Positions 36,018-45,655 are shown, counted from the first letter of the stretch. The stretch: 64,000 nt of DNA from Oscillospiraceae bacterium (GCA_036653035.1 JAVVUU010000001.1:3524-67523); one strand, 5' to 3'. The notes: generated by a model not told the origin, from the letters alone. Program-made: numbers and translations.

Positions 36018-37073
36018 ATGAGCAAATTTGCAAAAATGACGGCGGCATATTCGGTTGTTCATTATATTGTTGACTTTTCCTGTGCTTTCATGATTTTTAG
36101 CAAGGTTTACGGCGATGAACAGTGGGTTTTGTGCCTATTACTATACAATTTTTGCGCCTTTGCAATGCAGCTTCCGTTTGGTATCCTTGCAGACAAATTG
36201 AACCAAAACCGCCGTTTCGCGGCAATAGGCTGTGCTTTGGTTGCGGTTTCGCCGCTCCTTGCGCCGCTCCCCGTGGGTCTTTGCATAGCCGCGGGACTCG
36301 GCAACGGACTTTTTCACATAGGCGGAGGGCGGGACGTTCTTTGCGGCAGCGGCGGTAAATATTCGGCGCTCGGAGTTTTTGTTGCTCCCGGTGCGCTGGG
36401 ACTGTTTATTGGCACTCTTGCCGGAAAAACAGGCGTAATCTCCGCAATTATAGTATCGGCTATTTTGCTGTTCTGCATGGTGGTAATTCTTTTTTTCCTC
36501 CCCGCATATCACGACAAAAAGCGCATGGATTATATGCCGTTTTCCCTAAAACCGAGCGGTGGGAAAATTGCAATTGCTCTGCTTGCATTGTTTTTCGTCG
36601 TAGTCTGCCTGCGCTCCTATGTTGGCATGACGCTTACATTTCCTTGGAAAAGTCATGGGCTTTGGGGATTTGTTCTTGTTCTTGCGCTTGTTTTCGGAAA
36701 AATGCTGGGCGGCGTTTTGGCGGATAAATTTGGCGACCAACGCCTTGCGTCAATTTCGCTTTTGGCAAGCGGAGTTTTGTTTTTCTTTTACAAAATTCCG
36801 GTGTGCGGCGTTTTGGCGGTGCTGTTTTTTAACATGAGTATGCCTATTACACTCGGAGCCGCCGCAAAGCTTTTGCCCGGTGCCCGTGGAACAAGCTTTG
36901 GTCTTTTAACCTTTGGTCTGTTCATAGGATTTTTGCCCGTAGCCTTGGGAGCGCCTCGGCTGCTCAATCTCCCCCTAGGCTATGCCATTGCGGCACTCGT
37001 TTCCGCTATTCTTCTAAGCTTGGGACTAAAGGAGTCAAACAAATGCAATTTGACCTCGTTGGAACACTCTTAA
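36018..37073 (+). CDS. polytopic membrane protein, MFS-transporter-like
   Basis: 351 aa with about 10 hydrophobic helices. Two motif-A-like loops: GILADKLNQNRR in the first half and GGVLADKFGDQR in the second. Confidence 0.55.
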   Translation: MSKFAKMTAAYSVVHYIVDFSCAFMIFSKVYGDEQWVLCLLLYNFCAFAMQLPFGILADKLNQNRRFAAIGCALVAVSPLLAPLPVGLCIAAGLGNGLFHIGGGRDVLCGSGGKYSALGVFVAPGALGLFIGTLAGKTGVISAIIVSAILLFCMVVILFFLPAYHDKKRMDYMPFSLKPSGGKIAIALLALFFVVVCLRSYVGMTLTFPWKSHGLWGFVLVLALVFGKMLGGVLADKFGDQRLASISLLASGVLFFFYKIPVCGVLAVLFFNMSMPITLGAAAKLLPGARGTSFGLLTFGLFIGFLPVALGAPRLLNLPLGYAIAALVSAILLSLGLKESNKCNLTSLEHS

Positions 37074-37390
37074 TTTCTCTTGCGCTCACACTGGCGCTGG
37101 AGCTGCTGTTTTGCTTTTTTGCAAAAATACGCGGTTTACACAACTACATACTAATAGTCCTCGTGAACATACTAACAAACCCGCCGGTTGTGCTAACGCA
37201 CAATCTTTTAAGGCGCTACACCGGTATTTCTCCAATCGTCATCGTTATAGTCCTTGAAGCGCTTGTAATATTCGGTGAAGCCGTGTGCTACAAATACTGC
37301 TCAAAAGACATAAAGCGTCCACTTTTGCTCTCCCTTTGTGCAAATGCGTTTTCATACTTAACCGGTCTGTTATTGATACATTTAATTTAG
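37043..37390 (+). CDS. small hydrophobic membrane protein, unknown function
   Basis: 115 aa with 3-4 predicted helices. It overlaps the upstream gene by 31 nt. I recognise no family. Confidence 0.45.
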   Translation: MQFDLVGTLLISLALTLALELLFCFFAKIRGLHNYILIVLVNILTNPPVVLTHNLLRRYTGISPIVIVIVLEALVIFGEAVCYKYCSKDIKRPLLLSLCANAFSYLTGLLLIHLI

Positions 37391-37401
37391 GAGGAACTGT
37401 T

Positions 37402-38232
37402 ATGAAAAACTTCTCGGCGAAAAGATTTACACAAATTTTACTCTCCTGCGTTCTGCTTACAGCACTTCTTTGCGGTACGGCACTTGCGGATGTACTTTGG
37501 GAACCTGTGGATGATTTTTACGCCTCACATTCCGAGGAATGCAAGCCACTGGTTCGAAGCTTCTATGCAAACGGTAAAACCGGATTTTTGGAGTTTTTTA
37601 CAAAGCCAAACGGTGACAGCTTGGGTTTTTCAAACAACGGCGAAAAATATACCGTCATGTTCACCTATACCGATGACAAGAATGCAGAATGGGGCATTGT
37701 GCAATTTTCCAAAAATGCAAGTGGCATTGTTTCACTGCTTGAAAATGACGAAAACGTCAAAAACGGATGGGTGAAAATGGACGGTCTTTTAAATCTCTAT
37801 GATTATGTGGCCTTTGATGCCGACCACGGCAACGAATATGGCTACTATGAGGGCGATTATTCCGAGCTAAAGGGCGTCACCGACATCGTTTTGTGGACAT
37901 ATCCGCGCTCCGGCGAGATTGTCGGCAGCCTTGCCGAAATTGGCGATGGCTTTGCTTTGGAAACCACATACACAGACTCTCAGGGTCTTGTCTGGGGCTT
38001 TGTGAACTACGCCTTTGGCCACAAAAATGTTTGGGTTTGCCTGTCCGAGCCGATAAACCCCGATATCCCTGCGGAAGCCGCCCCCTCTCCCGCACTTTAT
38101 ACCCCCGCACCCGGTGATGTGCCAACCTCTGAAGCATCCGACTACACGACGATTATCATTGTTTGCGTCGTTTCAACAGCACTTGTTGCTGCTGTTTTAA
38201 TAGTGCTGCTCCGCAAGAAAAAGGCAAAATAA
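37402..38232 (+). CDS. exported, C-terminally membrane-anchored protein of unknown function
   Basis: ATG 37402 lies 6 nt after AGGAGGA. Signal peptide (LLTALLCGTALA), two SH3b-like repeats (WGIVQF..GWVKM; WGFVNY..VWVCL), a Pro-rich linker, then a TM helix followed by RKKKAK. Confidence 0.6.
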   Translation: MKNFSAKRFTQILLSCVLLTALLCGTALADVLWEPVDDFYASHSEECKPLVRSFYANGKTGFLEFFTKPNGDSLGFSNNGEKYTVMFTYTDDKNAEWGIVQFSKNASGIVSLLENDENVKNGWVKMDGLLNLYDYVAFDADHGNEYGYYEGDYSELKGVTDIVLWTYPRSGEIVGSLAEIGDGFALETTYTDSQGLVWGFVNYAFGHKNVWVCLSEPINPDIPAEAAPSPALYTPAPGDVPTSEASDYTTIIIVCVVSTALVAAVLIVLLRKKKAK

Positions 38233-38247
38233 ACAAAAAATATTTAA

Positions 38248-38290
38248 GAAATCCGCCCGCGTATATTCAAGACGTCGGGCGGATTTTTCT
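38248..38290 (+). terminator. intrinsic terminator upstream of the feo operon
   Basis: gaaatccgcccg / cgggcggatttt stem followed by a T-run. Confidence 0.8.
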
Positions 38291-38314
38291 GTTTAAAAAA
38301 ACCGCCGTTTTCTC

Positions 38315-38343
38315 TTGACAACATTGTTTTGGCATGGTATTAT
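38315..38343 (+). promoter_or_regulatory. predicted sigma-70-type promoter of feoAB
   Basis: TTGACA, 17-nt spacer, TATTAT. Confidence 0.6.
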
Positions 38344-38391
38344 TTTATTAGTTAGAAGCCTTTAACTTAGAATTTAGGAGATGACGAAACC

Positions 38392-38613
38392 ATGAAAACA
38401 CTCAGCAATGTCAAAATTGGCGGAAATGCAACCATAGTCAAGCTTCACGGCGAAGGTGCAGTGCGTCGTCGCATTATGGACATGGGCGTCACAAAAGGAA
38501 CAGAGGTTTGCGTCTGCAAGGTTGCCCCACTTGGCGACCCCATGGAAATTACAGTAAGAGGTTATCAGCTCTTTGTCAGAAAGTCCGACGCTGAAATGAT
38601 AGAGGTCGAATAG
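38392..38613 (+). CDS. feoA: ferrous iron transport protein A (FeoA-family)
   Basis: 73 aa SH3-like FeoA sequence: IVKLHGEGAVRRRIMDMGVTKGTEV. Confidence 0.9.
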   Translation: MKTLSNVKIGGNATIVKLHGEGAVRRRIMDMGVTKGTEVCVCKVAPLGDPMEITVRGYQLFVRKSDAEMIEVE

Positions 38614-38696
38614 CGGCTTCAGCGTACGAACTTATTTTTAAGGGCAACGATTAGAGTTCTCTAACACGTTTCCCAAAAAAGAAAGGAAGTGGACGA

Positions 38697-40853
38697 ATGG
38701 AAATTAGAATTGCGCTTGCCGGCAACCCAAATTGCGGCAAAACAACCATGTTCAACGACCTAACCGGCGACAACCAATATGTTGGCAATCGCCCCGGTGT
38801 AACAGTTGAAAAAAAAGAGGGCAGACTAAAATACAACAAGGACATAGCAGTATGGGACTTGCCGGGCGTCTACTCGCTATCTCCATACACGCTTGAAGAA
38901 GTTGTCGCCAGAAACTGCCTAATAAATGAGCGTCCAAACGCCATAATAAATATAGTTGACGGAACCAATATTGAGCGCAACCTCTATTTAACAACACAGC
39001 TTATAGAGCTTGGAATTCCTGTTGTAATTGCGCTCAACATGATAGATATAGTCCGAAAAAAAGGCGACGACATTGACCTTACAAAGCTAAGCCGCGCACT
39101 TTCGTGCCATGTTGTCGAAACCTCCGCGCTAAAGGGCGAAGGCTCCGAAAGCGTTGCAAACTACGCCATAGAAATTGCCGAAAAAAATGAAGCTTCAAAA
39201 ACTCCAACAATTTTCAGAGGCAGTGTTGAACACGCTCTCGCGCATATTGAGGAGGGCTTGGAGGAGCTTGTTCCGCCGCGCTACCTCCGCTGGTATGCCG
39301 TTAAGGTTTTTGAGCGTGACGAAAAGGTCTTGCAGGAGCTTGACCTCCCCGCAGAAAAGCTTGCCCACATTGAGGGGCACATTGCGGACTGTGAGCAGGA
39401 GCTTGACGACGACGCGGAAAGCCTTATCACCATTGAGCGCTACAACTACATAAGCCGCGTTGTTTCCGAGTGTGTCAAGCGCAAAAACAAGCCGGGAGAA
39501 AACATTTCCGACAAAATTGACAAAGTAGTTACAAACCGCGTTTTGGCATTGCCGATTTTTGCGGTGGTTATGTTTTTGATTTATTTCATCTCAATCAGCA
39601 CCGTTGGAAGTTGGGCATCCGATTGGGTCAATGAAACCCTTTTCGGAAACATTATCAGCGGAAATCTTGCCGCATGGTTCCAAACCATAAGCGTTGCCCC
39701 ATGGCTCTCGGGGCTTGTTATAGACGGAATAATAGGCGGCGTGGGTGCGGTTTTGGGATTTTTGCCGCAGATGCTGATTTTATTTTTAATGCTCTCCGTT
39801 TTGGAGGATGTCGGCTATATGTCGCGCGTTGCATTCATAATGGATAAGGTTTTCAGGCGGTTCGGTCTTTCCGGCAAGAGCTTTATTCCAATGCTAATAG
39901 GCTCCGGCTGTTCGGTTCCCGGAATAATGGCTTCGCGCACAATAGAAAATGAGCGTGACCGCCGTATGACCATTATGACCACCTCATTCATACCCTGCGG
40001 TGCCAAAATGCCCTTTGTCGGTCTAATCGCGGGCGCACTTTTCGGCGGCTCGGGCTGGGTTGCAACCTCCGCATATTTCATCGGCATTGCGGCCGTTGTA
40101 TTATCCGGCATCATATTAAAGAAAACGCGCCCCTTTGCGGGTGAAGAAGCACCCTTTGTAATGGAGCTTCCCGAATACCACATACCCTCCGCAAAAAATG
40201 TCCTTCGCACAACGCGGGACCGTTGCTGGAGCTTTGTAAAACGTGCGGGAACGCTCATTTTACTCTCCGCTGTTGTGCTCTGGTTTTTGCAGGCCTTTGG
40301 CGTTACAAACGGCGGTTTGCACATGATTGAGGATAACAGTCAAAGCCTGCTTGCCTCTGTTGGCCGTTTCATTGCTCCGATTTTTGCGCCGCTCGGCTTT
40401 GGCCATTGGCAGGCGGCGGTTGCAACGCTTTCGGGTCTGCTTGCAAAGGAAAATATCGTTGCAAGCTTCGCTGTACTTTATGGCTTTGCTGTGGCGGCGG
40501 ACGGAACAGCCCATGCTTCTCTGCTAACACAGGATTTCACAATGCTAACAGCATACAGCTTTATGATTTTCAATCTTCTCTGTGCCCCCTGCTTTGCCGC
40601 TATGGGCGCAATAAAGAACGAAATGAACAGTGCAAAATGGACAACTGCCGCAATTGCATACCTCTGCATATTCGCATATGTCGTTTCTATGAATGTCTAT
40701 CAGCTTGGGCGCCTGTTCACGGGCGGCGGCTTCGGAGCTTCAACGGCTGTTGCACTTGTTTTGCTTGGTGCAATGATTTATCTGTTGGTTCGCAAAAATC
40801 CGAACAACCCCGCTGCCGTAAGGAGCAAGGAAAAGGTGACTGCCAATGTTTGA
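38697..40853 (+). CDS. feoB: ferrous iron transporter FeoB
   Basis: N-terminal G domain (GNPNCGKTT, DLPG) followed by a polytopic permease domain. 718 aa. Confidence 0.96.
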   Translation: MEIRIALAGNPNCGKTTMFNDLTGDNQYVGNRPGVTVEKKEGRLKYNKDIAVWDLPGVYSLSPYTLEEVVARNCLINERPNAIINIVDGTNIERNLYLTTQLIELGIPVVIALNMIDIVRKKGDDIDLTKLSRALSCHVVETSALKGEGSESVANYAIEIAEKNEASKTPTIFRGSVEHALAHIEEGLEELVPPRYLRWYAVKVFERDEKVLQELDLPAEKLAHIEGHIADCEQELDDDAESLITIERYNYISRVVSECVKRKNKPGENISDKIDKVVTNRVLALPIFAVVMFLIYFISISTVGSWASDWVNETLFGNIISGNLAAWFQTISVAPWLSGLVIDGIIGGVGAVLGFLPQMLILFLMLSVLEDVGYMSRVAFIMDKVFRRFGLSGKSFIPMLIGSGCSVPGIMASRTIENERDRRMTIMTTSFIPCGAKMPFVGLIAGALFGGSGWVATSAYFIGIAAVVLSGIILKKTRPFAGEEAPFVMELPEYHIPSAKNVLRTTRDRCWSFVKRAGTLILLSAVVLWFLQAFGVTNGGLHMIEDNSQSLLASVGRFIAPIFAPLGFGHWQAAVATLSGLLAKENIVASFAVLYGFAVAADGTAHASLLTQDFTMLTAYSFMIFNLLCAPCFAAMGAIKNEMNSAKWTTAAIAYLCIFAYVVSMNVYQLGRLFTGGGFGASTAVALVLLGAMIYLLVRKNPNNPAAVRSKEKVTANV

Positions 40854-41082
40854 ATTTCTCGCTGAAAACCTCTCAACAATTATAATTGGCGCAATTGTTC
40901 TTGCACTGCTCGTGCTCATTGTAATAAAGCTTGTGCGTGACAGAAAAAATGGCGGCTCCTGCGGTGACTGCACCTCCTGTGAGCTTTGCGGCACCGGCGG
41001 CAAAAAGGCACGAACGAATTACGACATTTGCCCCAAGGACATAAAAATTAAGCGCATAGATGAGAACGAGAGGGCGGAATAG
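40846..41082 (+). CDS. FeoB-associated Cys-rich membrane protein
   Basis: One TM helix followed by GGSCGDCTSCELCG. Overlaps the feoB stop by 8 nt. Confidence 0.75.
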   Translation: MFEFLAENLSTIIIGAIVLALLVLIVIKLVRDRKNGGSCGDCTSCELCGTGGKKARTNYDICPKDIKIKRIDENERAE

Positions 41083-41114
41083 TTTTCCGTTTCCCGCGCA
41101 AATAAATTTAACAC

Positions 41115-41148
41115 AAAGGGTGCTGTTCAAATGAACAGCACCCTTTTA
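41115..41148. terminator. bidirectional intrinsic terminator between the feo operon and the convergent ABC exporter
   Basis: aaagggtgctgttc / gaacagcacccttt perfect 14-bp stem. Confidence 0.8.
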
Positions 41149-41181
41149 GATGACAGATTTTGACGGTAGCGCAAGCTTTTC

Positions 41182-42843
41182 TTAGACTATTTCGCCGTTT
41201 TCAATATGAATAATCCTATCGCTGTCCTGCATTGCGCTTGTTCGGTGGGAAATTGAGAGCACGGTTCTGCCGCGCGAAACGCTTTGAATTGCGCTCATAA
41301 TTTTTTCCTCGGTTGCGGAATCAAGGTTTGCGGTAATCTCATCCAGAAGTAAAATCGGCGGCTTTGCCGCGACTGCGCGCGCGATTGAAAGGAGCTGGCA
41401 CTGTCCCCATGAGAATGTGCCGCTGCCCGTAACTATTGTGTCGTAGCCGTTTGGCAGGGCTTCAATACTCTCGGATAGCCCAAGCTCTGTGCAAACCCCG
41501 ATAATCCTTTCGCGCGAAATTTGAGGGTCGCCAAGGCTGATTTGGTCGGCAACATTTCCGGGAACAAAGCGAAAGCTCTGCTCAACATAGCCGAATATTT
41601 TGCGCTTTTCACCGTTTGGAATTTTGCAGGCATCGAAGCCGCCTATAAGAACGCGGCCCTCCGTTGGCTTTAAAAGTCCCATAACCAATCCGAAAAGTGT
41701 GGATTTTCCAACCCCCGTGCGCCCCGAAATTGTGACATTTTCGCCATTTGCCACGCTGAAGCTCATGTTTTTCAAAACAAGAATTTCCGCTTCATATGAG
41801 AAATTCAAGTTTTCAAAGCGCACCGCGCCGGCTTGAAAGCCGCGGATAACCGCGTCGGCACAGATGCTCTCGTCCTTCTCCTCCTCGTCCAGCGCAAAAA
41901 ATTCGTCAATGCGGCGTATGCCGGAAAGGCCGGTTTGGATGCTCTGAATTTCCATGCCAAGTGCTTCCACGGGGACAAGCAGATTTGAAATTAGGTCGAT
42001 GGTTGCCGCCATCATTCCAACGGAAATGCCGAGAACGCCGATTTGCTCCGCCGAGAGTAGGACAACGATTGAAATTACCACGGCGCGGATAAGCTGGATT
42101 ATGGGTGCGTAGGCGGAGTCATAAATTATGACGCGGCCTTTTGTTTTGTAGTTTTCCTTCAGCTCGCGGCAATATTTTTTCTCCATGTAACGCTCCTTTG
42201 AAAAAAGCTTTATCATGGTTATATTTTTTACACTCTCCGCAATGTGACCGTTAACGCGGCCGAGCTGTTCAAGATTTTTCGTCTGCGCCGCAAGCATTCT
42301 GTTTTTGAAAAAGCGGGTTATGGCGAACACAATTGGGATAAGGCAGAGCGAAATCAGTGCAAGCGGAACAGAGAAAATCCAGATGGACACGATGATGCCA
42401 AAAAGCTTTAGGCTATCCACCGCCATGCTGACAAGTCCCTCCGAAAACAGGCCGTTGACGTTATCAACATCTGCCGTAATCCTTGACGAAACCGTGCCGG
42501 GTGCGTTTGCCGTAAAATAGGAGGAGGGGAGCAGGGTAAGCTTTTTCATCATAGCAAGGCGAAGCTCCCGAACCGTTCGTTGACCGAAGCGTGTTAGAAA
42601 ATAGCCCTTTAAAAAATCCAAAACGCCGATTGAAACAACCGTTCCCAAATAGATTGCGGCGGGAATATATAGCTTTGCCGTGTCCTTATTCATCAGATAT
42701 TTGTCTATAATAATACGCATAATCTGCGGCGGGGCAAGGCTTGCCGCAACGCTGAGCAGAGCGACAAGGCAAAGCGACACCGTTAGCACAATATTTTTGC
42801 GGATAATGGCCTTGACACAGCTCATAACACTTTTTTCAGCCAT
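41182..42843 (-). CDS. ABC exporter permease/ATPase fusion, subunit 2 of a heterodimer (degenerate signature motif)
   Basis: Start at ATG 42843, 7 nt after GGAGGT, overlapping the upstream stop by 8 nt. Six-helix TMD. Walker A GRTGVGKST, signature FSWGQ (instead of LSGGQ), Walker B ILLLDE. Confidence 0.88.
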   Translation of the reverse strand: MAEKSVMSCVKAIIRKNIVLTVSLCLVALLSVAASLAPPQIMRIIIDKYLMNKDTAKLYIPAAIYLGTVVSIGVLDFLKGYFLTRFGQRTVRELRLAMMKKLTLLPSSYFTANAPGTVSSRITADVDNVNGLFSEGLVSMAVDSLKLFGIIVSIWIFSVPLALISLCLIPIVFAITRFFKNRMLAAQTKNLEQLGRVNGHIAESVKNITMIKLFSKERYMEKKYCRELKENYKTKGRVIIYDSAYAPIIQLIRAVVISIVVLLSAEQIGVLGISVGMMAATIDLISNLLVPVEALGMEIQSIQTGLSGIRRIDEFFALDEEEKDESICADAVIRGFQAGAVRFENLNFSYEAEILVLKNMSFSVANGENVTISGRTGVGKSTLFGLVMGLLKPTEGRVLIGGFDACKIPNGEKRKIFGYVEQSFRFVPGNVADQISLGDPQISRERIIGVCTELGLSESIEALPNGYDTIVTGSGTFSWGQCQLLSIARAVAAKPPILLLDEITANLDSATEEKIMSAIQSVSRGRTVLSISHRTSAMQDSDRIIHIENGEIV

Positions 42844-44578
42844 TGCACGCACCTCCGTTTTGAAGGCTCTGGAGCAACCTGTAATTTTCATTTTCTGCAA
42901 GTAATTTCTCGTGTGTTGAGCAGCATACGCCGCCGTTTTCAAAAAACAGTACCTTTTCGGTGTTTGGAAAAACCGCAAGCCTGTGCGAAATGAGTATTAT
43001 GATGCGGTCGCTGCAAAAATTGCGAAGGCCGTCAATAATTTGCCTTTCAGTTGCCATATCAACGGCGGAAAATGGGTCGTCCAAAATGACAATTGAGCTT
43101 TTTCGATAAAGTGCGCGGGCAAGTGCAATTCGCGCCCGCTGACCGCCGCTCAAGCGCACTCCGCCCGATCCGACAAGCGTGTTTATTCCGTCCGGCATAG
43201 CCGCCAAATCCTCGTCAAAGCAGACAAGACGCATAAGCTCCGAAATGTCCCCGCCTGTGCCAAGAGTGACATTTTCGTAAATCGTATCGGTTAGAAGTCG
43301 GGGGTCGTGCCCCATGTAGGATATGCTTCCGCTGCGCTCGGCCTTTGTAAAAGAAGAAAGCTCCTTGCCGCAAACCGAGATGCTACCCGAATAGGGGAAT
43401 ATGCCGGTTAGTGCAAGGCCGAGAGCCGTTTTTCCGCAGGCCACGGCACCGGTTACGCCTATTATATTTCCCGACTCCGCATTGAAAGAAAGCTTTTCAA
43501 AAATAGGCAGCTCCGCGCCCGGATATGAAAATCCAAGGTTGCGGCAAGCAAGGTCTGCATGGGTTTGCTCCGGCGTTTTTGCCTCCTCACCGGGGCAGTA
43601 ATCCAAAAACTCCGAGCGTATGCGTTGCCATGAAACGGCGGCTTTTTGGTAGGTGTTGAAAAGCTTTGCCGCCTTGCCGGATTTTGATGCAAGCGCAAAG
43701 AATATTGCAATATATGCCGTAAAATCGCCAATGCTCCACGCGCCGCTTGCGACACTTTTTCCACCGACAAGCAGAATTCCAAAAATGCCAAAAAGGGAGA
43801 TTGCGTTATAAATTGGCTGCATTGAATTTTCGAGCACATTAGCGCGGACGGAGCGCTTTTCAAGCTCGGAAAGCTCCAAAGCGTATTCGCCGCATTTTCG
43901 GGCATCGGCACTGTTCACCCGATAGAGAAGCGCATTTTCAACATTGCTGAGTGTAAGCGCGGAGATAATGCCGCTCTGTGACCTTGAGCGCCGCGTGTAT
44001 TTCTCAATAACTGTTTTTAGTCTTGCGGCAATGAACATCGCAAGAGGAATGAAAATGCAGGCAAGCAGAGTTATCTTGACATCGTAGGCAAGCATTGTTA
44101 TAACATATCCAAGCATCAGAACGCCGGTATCAAAAATTTCCGTCGTGACCTTGCGCATACCCTCGACACAGATATCAACATCACCGACGGCTTTATTCAT
44201 AAGCTCTCCGGCGGACATACCCGAAAGCTCGGAAATGTCTTGGCTCATTAGACTATTGTAAAGCATTCGCCGCATTGAAGCACCTGTTTGGTTTGCAAAA
44301 AGGCGCACAAAGTATCGTTTTAACCCACGGCACAATTGAATTACGGCAACAACGCCAACAAAAACCGCCGCCTGCGTAAGCATTGCGGAAAGCGCCGCTC
44401 CTGCTGCAAAGGTGTCGATTAGCCTGCCCTGCAAAACCGCTATGAGCGACATACTGCCGTCAAACAGGAGTCCCGTCAGCACAACCACCATAAGAACGCG
44501 CCACTCGCGCTTTAGGTAGCTGCTCAATCTGTTTGGTCGGGAAATCGGCCTTAAATTTAATTTAAACAGTGAAATCAC
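42836..44578 (-). CDS. ABC exporter permease/ATPase fusion, subunit 1 of a heterodimer (Walker-B Asp variant)
   Basis: TMD plus NBD with GAVACGKT, LSGGQRARIA and IVILDDP. The start is uncertain: GTG 44578, or the TTG giving MSSYLKREWRVL. A promoter inside the tracked ORF argues against the 44914 start. Confidence 0.85.
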   Translation of the reverse strand: MISLFKLNLRPISRPNRLSSYLKREWRVLMVVVLTGLLFDGSMSLIAVLQGRLIDTFAAGAALSAMLTQAAVFVGVVAVIQLCRGLKRYFVRLFANQTGASMRRMLYNSLMSQDISELSGMSAGELMNKAVGDVDICVEGMRKVTTEIFDTGVLMLGYVITMLAYDVKITLLACIFIPLAMFIAARLKTVIEKYTRRSRSQSGIISALTLSNVENALLYRVNSADARKCGEYALELSELEKRSVRANVLENSMQPIYNAISLFGIFGILLVGGKSVASGAWSIGDFTAYIAIFFALASKSGKAAKLFNTYQKAAVSWQRIRSEFLDYCPGEEAKTPEQTHADLACRNLGFSYPGAELPIFEKLSFNAESGNIIGVTGAVACGKTALGLALTGIFPYSGSISVCGKELSSFTKAERSGSISYMGHDPRLLTDTIYENVTLGTGGDISELMRLVCFDEDLAAMPDGINTLVGSGGVRLSGGQRARIALARALYRKSSIVILDDPFSAVDMATERQIIDGLRNFCSDRIIILISHRLAVFPNTEKVLFFENGGVCCSTHEKLLAENENYRLLQSLQNGGACNG

Positions 44579-44601
44579 CTCTGTTAATGCGATATACCTT
44601 G

Positions 44602-44629
44602 ATAATACTACACCAGAATTTGCTGTCAA
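44602..44629 (-). promoter_or_regulatory. predicted sigma-70-type promoter of the ABC exporter pair
   Basis: On the minus strand: TTGACA, 16-nt spacer, TATTAT. Confidence 0.5.
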
Positions 44630-44640
44630 GCTTATAACGG

Positions 44641-44669
44641 TTGAAAAAGTGTCACAAATGTGATATAAA
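44641..44669 (+). promoter_or_regulatory. predicted promoter of the metal ABC importer, with a palindrome in the spacer
   Basis: TTGAAA, 17-nt spacer, TATAAA. The spacer and start of the -10 contain TGTCACA-AA-TGTGATA (7-2-7, one mismatch). Confidence 0.5.
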
Positions 44670-44770
44670 TAAATGTCAGCGGGCATTTTTTCCAATGCCC
44701 TTGCGAAAGCACAGCATACTTCCCCGATTACATTAATTTTTTCAGATGGTGTCAGACATGGAGGAACAGC

Positions 44771-45655
44771 ATGAAAATAAAAATCAAGAGCCTTTGTATC
44801 ATTATGTCGCTTGCGTGTCTTGCGCTTTTTTCCGCTTGCAATGCCAATTCTTCGGAGGAAGAAAATGTTGGGACAAATAAGCCAATTATTGCCGTCAGCA
44901 TAGTTCCGGAGCAAACCTTTGTCCGTGCCGTCTGCGGCGATTTGGTCGATACCGTTGTCATGATTCCTCCCGGCTTCAGCCCGGAAAATTACGAACCCAC
45001 ACCGCGCGAAACGGAGGCCTTTTCAAAATCCGCGCTGTATTTTTCAATAGGAGTTCCAACGGAGGAAACAAACATTCTGCCTCTTATTTCCGATGACACA
45101 AAGCTTGTTTCGCTTGCGGAGGTCTGCCGCGCCGAATATGACGAGCTTTCAATAAACGGCGGGCGTGACCCGCACATTTGGCTTTCCCCAAAAAGGGCAA
45201 AGCTGATGGTAACGGCCATTGCCAACGAAATGAGTGCATTTGACCCCGCGAATGCCAAGGCTTATTCCGCAAATGCCGCCGCCTACAACGAAAAGATTGA
45301 CGCTGCGGATAGCGAAATCCGTGAAGCTCTGAGCGAAATTACAAACCCCGCCTTCATAGTTTTTCACCCCGCCTTCGGCTATTTTGCAGACGAATACGGG
45401 CTTTCCATGTACGCCCTTGAAAACGAGGGCAAGGAAGCGACAGCCGCAACACTTCAAAGCATGACAGACCTTGCGCGGCGCGAGGGCATTAAAGTAATCT
45501 TCTATCAAGCGGAAATTGACAGCAGCCAGTCCGCGGCCTTTGCGGAGGAAATCGGCGGCACGGCCGTGCGGCTTGACCCTCTCGCCGCCGACTATATTGA
45601 AAATCTAAAAGCAATGGCAACAGCTATTGCGGAGGGAAGCCCCGATGGAAAATAA
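44771..45655 (+). CDS. metal ABC transporter substrate-binding lipoprotein (cluster A-I, ZnuA/TroA family)
   Basis: Lipobox LFSAC, DPHIWLSP and FIVFHPAFGYF. No His-rich loop, so metal specificity is unclear. Confidence 0.88.
   Translation: MKIKIKSLCIIMSLACLALFSACNANSSEEENVGTNKPIIAVSIVPEQTFVRAVCGDLVDTVVMIPPGFSPENYEPTPRETEAFSKSALYFSIGVPTEETNILPLISDDTKLVSLAEVCRAEYDELSINGGRDPHIWLSPKRAKLMVTAIANEMSAFDPANAKAYSANAAAYNEKIDAADSEIREALSEITNPAFIVFHPAFGYFADEYGLSMYALENEGKEATAATLQSMTDLARREGIKVIFYQAEIDSSQSAAFAEEIGGTAVRLDPLAADYIENLKAMATAIAEGSPDGK

Noticed and set aside
39815-40885. 169-aa (minus) and 159-aa (plus, alternate frame) ORFs
   Set aside because: Both are embedded in feoB, whose own frame has unmistakable homology. 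They have no RBS and implausible Cys/Arg-rich composition.
44579-44914. Long N-terminal extension of the ABC exporter ORF, which would overlap the divergent binding-protein gene
   Set aside because: A TTGACA-16-TATTAT promoter lies inside the extension. The extension has no transporter-like sequence, and the typical exporter N-terminus (..YLKREWRVLMVVVL) begins downstream.
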